A stretch of DNA of 64,000 nt. It comes from the human T2T-CHM13v2.0 reference genome, Homo sapiens. Positions 52,870 to 64,000 of this stretch are shown here, piece by piece. A program made the position numbers and the translations under genes. Below the pieces are notes generated by a model, which was not told the DNA's origin, did not search any database, and saw only the letters and a list, made by a program, of their open reading frames with translations. The stretch lies in NCBI RefSeq assembly GCF_009914755.1, contig NC_060938.1. One strand, given 5' to 3'. Position 1 is the first letter of the stretch. The number at the start of each line of letters is the position of its first letter.

Positions 52870-53075
52870 GTGTACAGCACTTCATAAAGTATGCTTACAT
52901 ATGATATATCATTTGGTTTATCCACTCTTTATAATACATAGCAAAGACATTACCATCTTCATTTTATAAATCAATGACTCCATAGGTAAAATTACATGGC
53001 TAGTAAGAGATGGAGTTAGAAATCAAACACAGGTTCTTGAATCTTAGGCTGACTTCATTCCCTCTATGCTATAAT
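52870..53075 (-). mobile_element. MIR SINE
   Basis: agcacttcat...cattttataaat...acatggctagtaag...ggagttagaaatcaaacacagg. Confidence 0.6.
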
Positions 53076-53993
53076 GCTGAAAGAGAGGGAAATAACAAAC
53101 AGCTACTTTTGTAGGTGTGACATTTTAAGTGTTAGAGCAGCATTTTACTGGTGACTGCTGTCATAGCTTTCTTTGTAAACATGAATGTAAATTAGGGTAT
53201 TGCTAGGATTTAATCTTTTATAAAAATAGAACAGCAGCTATGGTTTAAGTATAGTATGACTGCAAAGAAACTTTATGATATTTTGAGTTTAAACATGGAA
53301 CACTCATTATTGCAACTTTTTTAGGAGAGAGAAACCCCAGGTTACGTTCTATCTCAGCATTGCATCAGAATTTGCTTTATTTTTGTTTTTTGTCTATTTC
53401 ATTTGATACTGAGTTCATCTGGAGATTCAAAGCTGAAATGACAAATAATTGTAGCCACAATCACCTAATTGTGCTGATCATTAAGAGGGGAGGGTTTTCT
53501 GTCTGAGGGTAGTGTGGCTAGACAATGACAGGCTGGGTTATAACTGCTGAAACCACCATTGTGTGTTAAAAGAATGAGCAACAGATCCAGAATTTTGGTT
53601 GTTTGACTATATGAATTTTTGCTAGACTCTAAACTTGAGAAAAGTTTTAGTCATGGTACCCTTGCTCAGTAAAAAGCAGATGGGGAGAGGATTGTCATCA
53701 TTTATACTTGGGCTACAATGTAGCATGGATGCAATTTTGGAAAATAATTACTTAAAGGCCATAATACCAAGGAGTGAGGACATAATCAATTCAATTCAAT
53801 AAATGTTTATCAAGTGCCTCCTCTAGGTCAGGCACAGTGCTGGGACCTAAGGCTATGGTAGAAAACAAGTGAAATACAGCCACTTTGGTCACAGAGCTAG
53901 AGGGTAAGGGAAATTTCTGGTGTTAATATGTGATTAATTACAATAACATGATGAATAAAAAAGTAATGTGATTAATAAGAAAGTGAATGAAGA

Positions 53994-54305
53994 GGCCAGG
54001 CGCAGTGGCTCATGCCTATAATCCCAGCACTTTGGGAGGCCGAAGTGGGCTGATCACGAGGTCAGGAGATCAAGACCATCCTGGCTAACACAGTGAAACC
54101 CCATCTCCACTAAAAATACAAAAAAATTAGCCAGGCGTCTTGGTGGGTGCCTGTAGTCCCAGCTACTCAGGAGGCTGAGGCAGGAGAATGGAATGAACCC
54201 AGGAGGCGGAGCTTGCAGTGAGCCGAGATTGCATCACAGCACTCCAGCCTGGGTGACAGACCAAGACTCCATCTTAAAAAATAATAATAATAATAATAAA
54301 AATAA
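53994..54305 (+). mobile_element. AluY/Sc-like with (AAT)n tail
   Basis: gaccatcctggctaacacagtg; TSD aaagtgaatgaaga; sits inside an L2 3' fragment. Confidence 0.96.
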
Positions 54306-54414
54306 AAAAGTGAATGAAGAGTAAAGAAATCTAATCTAGTCTAAGGACTAAAGGAAAACTTATTGAATCTTTCAAAGATCTTAGCAACAAAAATAGTATT
54401 TAGAAAAACCAAGG

Positions 54415-54979
54415 TATGATGGTTAATTTTATGTGTCAAATTGATTGGACCACAGGGTGCCCAGATATTTGGTCAAACATTATTTCTGGTGTTTGTGAGG
54501 GTGTCCTTGGATGAAATGAATGTTTGAATCTGTAGAGTTACTGAAGCAGATTGCCCTCTCTGATGTGGGTGACCCTCATCCAGTCAGATGAAAGACCGAA
54601 TAGAACAAAAAAGGCGGACCCTCATGCAAATAAAGGGAATCTCCTCTTTCCTGACTGCTTGAGCTGGGACATAAGTCCTTTTCTGCCTTCAGAATTAAAT
54701 TAAAACGTTGGCTCTTTTTGTGTCTTAAGCTGCTGGCCTTGGACTGGAACTTACACATCAACTCTTCTGGGTCTCCAGCTTGCTGACTGGAGATCTTCAG
54801 CCTTCTTAGCCTCCATAATCACAAGATCTAATTCCTTAATAAGTCTCCATCTCTCTTCCTCTCATCCTCTTTTCCCATATACATATATATAATTAATATT
54901 TATATATATGTATATATACAGACATACACATATACATACACATCCTATTGATCTTATTTCTCTGGAGAAACCTAATACA
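54415..54979 (+). mobile_element. MLT2D-like ERVL solo LTR
   Basis: tatgatggttaattttatgtgtcaa...gtgcccagatatttggtcaaacatt...(TA/CA)n...ctggagaa.cctaataca; TSD caagg/cgagg. Confidence 0.9.
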
Positions 54980-55001
54980 CGAGGCATCAAAACCAAACCA
55001 G

Positions 55002-55327
55002 GGCCAGGCACGGTGGCTCACTCCTGTAATCCCAGCACTTTGGGAGGCTGAGGCGGGTGGATCACAAGGTCAGGAGATCGAGACCATCCTGGCTAACATG
55101 GTGAAACCCCATCTGTACTAAAGAATATATAAAAAAAAAAAATTAGCCAGGCGTGGTGGCGGGTGCTTGTAGTCCAAGCTCCTCAGGAGGCTGAGGCAGG
55201 AGAATGGTGTGAACCCGGGAGGTGGAGCTTGTAGTTAGTGGAGATCACGCTACTGCACTCCAGCCTGGGAGACAGAGCGAGACTCCGTCTCAAAACAAAA
55301 CAAAACAAAACAAACAACAACAACAAC
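55002..55327 (+). mobile_element. AluSc/Y-like with (CAAAA)n/(CAA)n tail
   Basis: Full Alu; TSD aaaccaaaccag. Confidence 0.96.
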
Positions 55328-55679
55328 AAACCAAACCAGACATCATCTTCAGGAAGCTTTCTATGACTCACCAAGGCTGGGTTGGGTGCTTCTCCTCTGG
55401 ACTTCCATAGAATCTTGTGAGTGTAGTCCATTTAAAATTAGAAGTATTTTTCAAATTTTTAGCTAATGTTAGATTCTAGGGATCAATAGCTAAAGAACTA
55501 TATGTTTCTGAATTAAGGCATTGAAACAAGAATTTCAACATTGCTGAGTCTCAGAGATTGTTTCTACTTATAAGAAAGATCCAAAATATGGTTGTCATAT
55601 GTCAAAAATAAGCTTTATTTTCAGTTTTACAGAGAAAGAGTATGTGACATTTTCCTAAATATATGGAGACTCTCCATAA

Positions 55680-57210
55680 GAAAGGAATATATTTAGCGTC
55701 AGCAGGGCAAGGGTCATGAAGGTACCCTACTTGATTGAGGACATGGGGTGGGGGCCAAGGAGGTGGTCCATGTGGTCGGGATATTGATTACATGCAGGGG
55801 AATTGACCATGTAAGTAAATATATTAAGAGAATTGAAAGCCAGATTTCTCTCTTTTAGAGAAAGGATTTACCAATAAAAAGAAGGAAGGCTAAAGAAAAC
55901 CCATACATGAGTCATGGGTTTTGGAATTTACAGAGAGATAGATATAGATATTGAAACAAATATAGATTTATGTATAGACATGTGGGTATTAGAGGGAGTA
56001 GAAGCAATCATACCCAGTAGCAATGAGTACGCCTCATACCCATATCTTGATTACTAAGTATCATTCTCCACTAAAAGGAAACAGAGTTCCTTGGAGAAAT
56101 AAGTGATTCTGGGACTGGAGCAGGAAAAGTACAAGATGACTCTGAAAAATGTTGTGTGCTAAAAAAATAAGAAAGCCTACAAAGAATATTGGGGACATAT
56201 CAAAAGGATACAAGAGTTATTTTGAAAAAACTCTCACTGGCTACATGTAGAATGATCTGGGCCTCAAAAAACCATAATGATAGAAATGTATGAATGGATA
56301 AATATAAAAAATTCTACCTTTCAGTAGAATGCCAGATAATGAATGTAAAAGGAATAATAAAATTTAGAAAAAAACACTATTTAAAAACCATAATAATAAT
56401 AATTGATTAAAGCAAGACTCATCAATGGTTGCTAAACTGGTGGATAACATTTGATGAGGAATGGGATATTTACATAGTCTCAAAATAGAGCCACAGAATT
56501 TACTTATTAATGAGTTTTTAATAAGTATAAAAGATATATTAATTAATTTTAAAGTGGAAAATCTGGTCAATACCATCTTAAGGAAAAAAGTTAACACAAT
56601 CTTTAAATTGGAAAGTTGACATAATGTGTCTTCTGTTATGCACTAAGAAGACTACAGCATCATTTTTGTAGTGCTCTTGCTAAAAATCATGAATATGAAT
56701 TTAATAATGAAGAAACATCAGGTAAACCCAGACTGAGGGCCATTCTACAAAGTAACTGTTGTGTACTTTCAAAAATATTAAGGTCAAAATAGACAAAACA
56801 AAGCAAGCCCTCTTGGCTATGAAATGCATGGCCGATCCTGGATTTGATCCTGGACTTGTAAAGGACGTTAAAGGGACAGTTGGCACAATTTGTTTAGGAT
56901 CCATGGATTAGATATTATTATTGTATTGATGTTAATTTCCTGATTCTGATTGTTTTGCTACAGATACATAGGAAGATGTCTTAGTTTTTAGAAAATATTC
57001 ACTGAAATATTAAGGAGTATCCTATCTACAACTTACTCTCAAATGATTCAGAAATGTACATACAGAGAGACAGAGAACAATAAACAAGAAAGAGAATGTA
57101 AAATGTTATAATTGGGGAATCTGGGTGAAAAGTGTACCTGATTTCTCTATACAATTCTTGTACCTTCTCTGTAAGTTTAAAATCATGTTAAAATAAAAGT
57201 TTAAAAAATT
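55680..57210 (+). mobile_element. L1MC (MC4-like) 3' region
   Basis: ccagtagcaatgag...attctccactaaaaggaa...ccttggagaaat; gaaacatcag...actgagggc.attctacaaa; ggggaatctgggtgaa; AATAAA plus A-rich end. Confidence 0.85.
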
Positions 57211-57789
57211 GTTATCCTTAAAATGTAATTACTGACATACCTGTTAACAAATTAAAACAATGTGTTTTAAATGCTTTTGTTTTCTGGAGTCTTTTTTTCA
57301 TGTTATTGGGTCAGATCTCAGAATCAATACAACTTATCAAAGGCATACATACATTTACTTAACTTTCAACTAATAATCTATTAAACATGTAAAACAGTTC
57401 CTGAGCTTTAACAACGTTGATTTCATATTGCCACTTCGTTGATAGAAGAATATAAACCATAGTCAAGTCAAGAACTTGATTTGTAGAAAAGAGAAATCTC
57501 AAAGGTAATCTAACAGTTGTTCAGGAAGAGTGTGAGTTATCAGTCACCCTGTAAACACCAAAAAATATGATTTCATTATATCAGGAGTGAAGAGACTGTG
57601 GCAAAAACAAAAGAAATGGAAAATGTGGCATTTTTCCACCTAGAGCTCACAATCTAATCCTGAACCAGATCTAGTACCTTGACTACAACCACCAAAGGAC
57701 TTTAAGACTAGTACAAGTTTCAGCTGTGCAAACTGAAACCTTACACAGGAAGGGATGTAGGACAACAGTGCACAAAGTTGGGAGGGATG

Positions 57790-58600
57790 AATTCATTCAA
57801 GGCATTTTTATGAAGAACAAGCCAGGCTGAGGCATCTTTCTAGCAGGGGGGATACAGCAGTATACTAGACAGACATGGTCCCTCCTGGAGTTTAGGCTTA
57901 TGGCACAATTAGGAGCTATGAAATGAATAGTCACCATCCAAATTATTTAGTGATGTTTGTAATAAGTATCACAACGGAGAAGTTTGGGTGCTGTGAAGGT
58001 GTATGAGGAAGGTTAAGAAAGGCTTCTCAGAGAAAGTGAGGTTTCAGCTTTGGCAAGAAGAAAGACTAGGAATTGACTGGATTAAGGGAGGAGGGAACCT
58101 TGCTCTGGGCAGAGAAAATACCCCCTTGTGGAAGGCAGATGGAAACCTTTGAAGGACTGCAAGGTTAGTGTGTCTGGTGCATGGCGAGCTGGAGGGAGAG
58201 TGAAACAAGATGTGCTGGCTTATGTGAACCTTGTAGGATCCTAAAAACATTGGAGAATGCGTTGTAGGGGAAAAACGGGGGAAACAAAAGTGGAGAGGAT
58301 CAGCAGCTGGAAAAGTGGTGCTGTTGTATAGGCATCATGTAACAGAGGGTTAGCCTGGAGTGTTAGCAGTGAACATGCAGAAGAGGATGGAGAAATATAT
58401 TTGTTGCTGATGTGGAATCCATAGAGTGATCAGATGTGGGGGATGATGGAAAGAGAGAAACCAAAATGACCTGAGAGTCTTGGCTTGAGTGTCTGGGAAA
58501 GTAGCAGAGCCGTTTATTAATCCACAGAGGGAGGAGGAATTAGTTTTGAGATAACTGTCATGAATTAAGCCAAGGATACTTCTTGGAGGAGCAAGAAATG
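57790..58600 (-). mobile_element. L2 fragment
   Basis: attcattcaa...gatacagcagt...gacagacatggtccc...gaaaggcttctcagagaaagtga. Confidence 0.65.
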
Positions 58601-59139
58601 AGAAAGCACTCCATGAAAGTTACAAGGAAATTATATGGAAAGGCATGAAGGCAGAAAGAAGGCCATCAGTAAAGGTATCTGCTTGCAGAGGAGCGACTAG
58701 AGAGAAGGACTCTATTGAAAAGGAGGAATGTAGAAGACAGTCTCAAAGGAAAGGCAAATATATTTGAATTCAACCAGTTGTGCCTGAAAATAGATGGTGC
58801 TGAAGACTACTGTTTAAGGGTTAGATTAAAGATTATCCTATTCTAATTAGGAGTGGGATTGCTCATGATTGACCATGGGGGCAGAGGCAGAAGGAAGGTG
58901 CCACTAATTTGATGCCCAAAGAGATTCAACAGTGACAAAAATAAGTAATGCAAAATACTACACTTGGATATTTAGTCCTGTCCAAATAATTGGGATAGGG
59001 AAAGGGATTATAAGGAGTGGAGGAGAAGGACACTAGATACCATAAATTCTGCAGGAGCTGGTCATTTGCCAAAATGAACAATGTCAACAATGATAGCAAC
59101 AGATGCAATGATAGCAACAAATGCAAAGACTATTCATTG

Positions 59140-59370
59140 TGCCTTTAATACATGCTCACTAATCACTTACTATGTTTGATCTCATTTAATTGGTGCTATC
59201 ACCTTATAAGTATTTTTTAAAATCTTCATTTGCACCTGGAAAATAGAGCTCAGAGAAGTTATCAGAGAAGATATAATTAACTCCCCAAGCATGAAACAAC
59301 TTAAGAAGTGGAAGAGGCAAGGTACAGGGCTAGAATGATTAACTCTAAAATTCTTATTCCTTACACAATG
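59140..59370 (-). mobile_element. MIR SINE
   Basis: atctcatttaat...cttcatttgcac...gctcagagaagtta. Confidence 0.55.
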
Positions 59371-61339
59371 ATTCTAAATCATTTCTAACCTAGAGAAACC
59401 TCAGGAGGCCCAAAGTTTCTATCTGTTCGAAGAAGAATCTGGAAATGGCTCTGGATGCCCCATCCATATCAATTTTGCAGACCCGTCTGGAGCTCTGTTG
59501 CAGTGGAAGAAGCTGCATAGGAGAAAGGATGAATGAGAGGGCTGAACACAAGAACACAGAAGGGACTGAAGCCTCCACTTTTCCCCACCTCTGCCTATTG
59601 CCACAGTATCTGGATTAAAACTCTATGCATTGATCACTGTTTTGGTTTATTTTTCTGATTCTCTAGGGTGGGAAATGTTCTCTCTCTAGGCAGTAATCCT
59701 TCCCTACTTTGCATGACTCCCAAGAAGTAGTGCTGCTAGGATTTCAACCCAGGTCTGGTAGATGCCAGTGTGCGTGGGCTTCTACAGGCAACACACCCCT
59801 TTGTAAGGCTGGGGGAAGTTTGCAGGAGGGTCTTTTAGCTAAACACCCAGCGGACAGTGGCTTCCCGAGAGGATGTGACTAGAAATGAGAAAATCTAGAA
59901 CTTAAACTGCATTTCACTGGCCACAGCTAGCAAATGACCTCAGCTCCTTCTTCCTCTATAGAAATCCAGCTTGCCGGATATAGCACAGAAATTTCAAGAA
60001 TAACTGCTGTGTAGCCTCAGTTACTTTATTGTTAAAAGCTATGCACCAAAATATAGGATAGCAATTGTGGGAGAGAGGATGGGTTTTACCAAGTTTAACT
60101 CAATTTAACATTGTGTCTTAAAAAAATCTTATGTTTCAAACCAATTCCGCTCATTGAGGATTCAAGTTCACATAACTTTGCAACACACAGCTTCCTGCCA
60201 CTATGGAAAAAGGGCTTTAGAAGACTTACAAGGCTTCATAGACTTCAAATAAGTCTTATGAAACAACATGTTCACGTGTTAAGTGCAAATGAGTCAGAAA
60301 CATAAGGATTAAATTTCCCTTAAAATACACAGGGGTTTGAAAATGAAGGGAAAAATGCTGAGGGCAAAACGTGTTTTGGATTTTGGCAAACCCAAAACAT
60401 TTGAAAAAAAAAGTGGTTTGATGTTTGATGAACCCTAAACACAGCAGAGTTTGCTCATCTCTCATTGTAATGAAGACCAATAGACCATTTTTGTGTGAAA
60501 ATGCAGAATCCCACTGGAACTGCCTGTGGACCCCTCACTACTGTAGAACTTGACTGATTCTCATTTCACTAATTCACAAACTTCCTTGCTCACACAGTGG
60601 TGGTGGTCTCCCCACAAGCGTTCTCAGCAAAGACATAGTAAGAGCATATTGGAGAAGACGCCTCGGGTTACTAAGACTTCATTAGTCTTATAAAATGCAC
60701 TTGGGGGCATAACCACTGTACAATAAAACATTAACAGAAATCATTAAAATGGAACCATGCCTCATCAAGATAAATAAGAGGACTGTGTTTTATGTGGCAT
60801 TGTCTTTATTTCTTTAAATTGGTTTGTTCACTTGCTAATTTGCAAAACTGAACAATCAGACGTTCTGTGGTATAAATTAAAGCAGTGAGATTCCTCCATT
60901 CATAGATATCCCATCAGAACCCCTGATTTGTACTGAAGTTTCTGAAGTCATAAAGATGAGAATTAAGTCTGGAGGATGTTGTAGGGGCCACAGTAATATT
61001 AGGAGGTGAATAAAGAGAATGGTGTTTTTTTCTTCCCAAAGTACTTTCTGAGGGTCTATGTGAGAACAGAATTTGAAGTGTCTTTTTTTGCCCCTTCAGT
61101 CTTAGGTCTCTCATTGTGTGCAAACACCGGCTTCTTCATTAACAAATTCCCAACCTAAATAATTCCCTCTGAATTATTTATGTTGGGCTTTGATTTGAAC
61201 AGACATTACTTTACTCTTATAATCCTCTAGTAGTTGGAGTCATGTGACAAGCTGTCCACTTTTTAAAAGACTCTTTCATAATGAGTCCCAAAAAATGTTT
61301 CAAAGACAGATTGCTCTAAAAATAGCAACATTAGGCACC

Positions 61340-61658
61340 ATGAATGAGTGCTGCATGCCAGCCCTGTGCTAAGCTCCTTGCATACCCTATACCACAGAAA
61401 CTTCTGTGAGGGAGGTGCTATTACCTCCATTTTGCAGATGAGGAAATGGAGGCTCAGCCAATGAAATCATCATGGTAGAATTGATATTTGCACCATTCAT
61501 TCATTTGACAAACATTTATTAAACAATTTGTGTCAGGCATGATGGCAGATGTTGAGGATGTCATGATGAATGACAGAGCTCTTGCTCTCACAGAGTTGGC
61601 ATTCTAGATGGAAGAAGACCTTTCTCACCTGAGAGCCATGTTCTTGACCACTGTATAC
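61340..61658 (-). mobile_element. MIR interrupted by an L2 3' fragment (~61495-61619)
   Basis: ccattttgcagatgaggaaatggaggctcag, then attcattcatttgacaaacatttatt (L2), then gagccatgttcttgaccact. Confidence 0.7.
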
Positions 61659-62914
61659 ATTCTTTGTGGTTTTTAAGTACAGAGGGACAGAAATCAACAC
61701 AATATGAATTTCTCTAGAATTAGTTCATATGAGAGTGTTTGGTTATAGGAACAAGGCTGTCTGTAAGATACCATTCTTCAGATAGAGAAAAGTTGACAAA
61801 GCAGAAAAGAAAACCTCTTATGCAAAAAGTTAACCTTCTCCATTTTGCAAATTGGCATACTGTAAGTCTAAAACCATTGCTAAATACACTGACGTGGGCC
61901 TGGACCTCAAGTTGTTAAGAATTCCTTTGTAGGTAAGGAGGATGTTCTCCCCTACCTTGGGTGTCCAGTTGAAAAAGAACTTTGCTTTCTTTCTCTATTA
62001 GCAAGTACTTGCTGGTATCCTTGTGACTTTCCCAACTAACTGATTTGAAATTTTATGGATCTGAGGGTAATTTGTTGGTGGCATATATATATTTTTTAAT
62101 CCAGAAAGCTTGGGCTTGTAAAACTTGAGCTGCAAATTTTTATTTGCCCAGCGTACAAGAATTTGGGGGATGAAAAAGGATCTAGACCAACTTTCTTAAT
62201 TTATAGAAACAGAAAAACTGAGGTCTAGATATTTGAAATACACATAGCTCTCATCAGGGCAGGTATGGTCTAAATCTCATAGGAAAGAATCAGAATTAAC
62301 CATTCTTAAACTAAGTTTTATTGATTACTCACACATTCATTGGAGTCACTCTCATTATTATGATTTAGAAAATATTACCTAGAAACTCCAGTCCATCACT
62401 GTGGGAAGTCAAGCTCCTTTCCCAGAATATCTGCACATTTCCAGGGCTCACATTCTTATGCCCACCACTGACTCCAGGTTCCAGCTGCTCACCTTGGTTC
62501 CATTTGAGGATAATCATATCGTCCCTCACATTATGTTACTGCTCCATGGTGCATTGGCCTACACTTGGAACTCAGAACTTTGACATAATTCTGTCCCCGC
62601 CACACACACACAGAAAAAGACCAAAGCAAGCAGTAAATAAAATATAAAAAGACTCATTTATAAAAAGCCTTTTTGGATTTATCAAACTTTGCTGGGGTTT
62701 AGGTAAGATTGAGATGATTTATTATTGCAACATCTTACTACTGAATATTGGACAGTCTTCATCTTAAAATGCCCCTTGCTCCTTGTTGCAAGTAAGGCTG
62801 AGTCCCCAGCCACATTGCCCTGGATGCTCTTTCTTTCTCTTCCTGCTCCTGTTTCCTTTTCTAAAAGTCTCTCTCTTCTCAGGAACAAAATACAAGTTCT
62901 TCTATGTTCCCTTT

Positions 62915-63712
62915 GTATTAATTGATATATAATTCATATAACATACAATTCACCATTTTAAAGTGTGCAATTGAATGGTTTTTAATATATTCACAAAGGT
63001 GTGCAACAGTCACTACTATATAATTCTAGAATATTTGCACAACTCCAAAAGGGAACCTCATACTCTTTAGTAGTCCTCAGTCCCCTAGCTCCCAGTTCTT
63101 GGCAACCACTAATCTACTTTCTATCTTTGGATTTGCCTGTTCTAAACATTTCATATAAATGGAATCATTCAATATATGGTCTTTTGGTTCTGCCTTCTTT
63201 CACTTAGTGTAATGTTTTCAAGGTTCATCCACATTGTAGCATATATCAGTACTTCTTTCCTTTTTATGACTGAATAATATTCCATTGTATGGACATACCT
63301 CATTTATTTACTCATTTATCAGTTGATGGACATTTGGTTTGTTTCTAACATTTGGCTATTGGAATAATGTTGCTGTGAACATTTGTGTACAAGTGTTTGT
63401 ATGAACATATATTTTCAGTTCTCTTGGGTATATACCTAGGAGTAGAATTGCTGGGTCATATGGTAAGTTGATGTTTAACTTCTTGAGAAATTGCCAAATT
63501 TACGCCTACATTTTCTTCTAAGAATATTATAGTTTTAGCTCCTATAATTAGGTCATTGCTTCATTTTGAGTAAATTTTTGTAGGTAGTGTGAGGTAGGGG
63601 GTCTAATTTACTCTTTTGCATGTGGATATCTAGTGTCCCAGCACTATTTGCTGCAAAACTTTTCTTTCCTCATTGAATTGTCTTGGCACTCTTGTTGAAA
63701 ATTGACTAACCA
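62915..63712 (-). mobile_element. L1MB 3' end with an internal deletion
   Basis: ataattca...caattcaccattttaaagtg; ggcaaccactaatctacttt; gttgatggacatttgg; atacctaggagtagaattgctgggtcatatgg. Confidence 0.92.
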
Positions 63713-64000
63713 CTAAATGTGTAGTTTTACCTCTATGTTCTTAAGCAGAACAATTCCACAATCTCCAGCCCTCACCTCCAAATTTAGCTCAGGATATTCC
63801 TTTGCACACCTACGGATTTAGCTGAAGCATAAAAAATATTGTTCACAAGTATGCCTCTGATTAAAGTCTTAGACAAGAATTACCCTCTAACACACTGGGA
63901 ATGAGGAGTGAAGAGGAAAGATGGTTTGTCCTTCTAGTTACACAAGAATTAACAATACAATACAGTAGCCAAGAGGATGATCAGACAGTCATACTAGTTG

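Overview
AT-rich, CpG-depleted primate (human-like, AluY-containing) genomic DNA. I found no supportable host protein-coding exon, tRNA or rRNA, so the window is intronic or intergenic and I cannot name the locus. The main feature is a ~5.4-kb decayed HERV-L provirus on + (24952-~30395) with an MLT2A 5' LTR, a mutated Leu PBS, and gag, pro, pol and dUTPase remnants. It has an internal gag deletion, a perfect 79-bp tandem duplication in RT, and no 3' LTR; its 3' end is fused to a patchwork of L1 and Alu fragments. The rest is 10 near-complete or truncated Alus plus one Alu fragment, several solo LTRs (MLT2D, MSTA, MLT1A0, MER21, LTR16C, an ERV1-type LTR), old L1M, L2 and MIR fragments, small DNA transposons (MADE2, MER5, MER53), microsatellites, and some unique stretches that look regulatory. 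Nearly all ORFs in the track are spurious apart from the HERV-L fragments. I found no convincing novel biological system. Subfamily names come from my recollection of repeat consensus sequences and need confirmation with RepeatMasker/Dfam.
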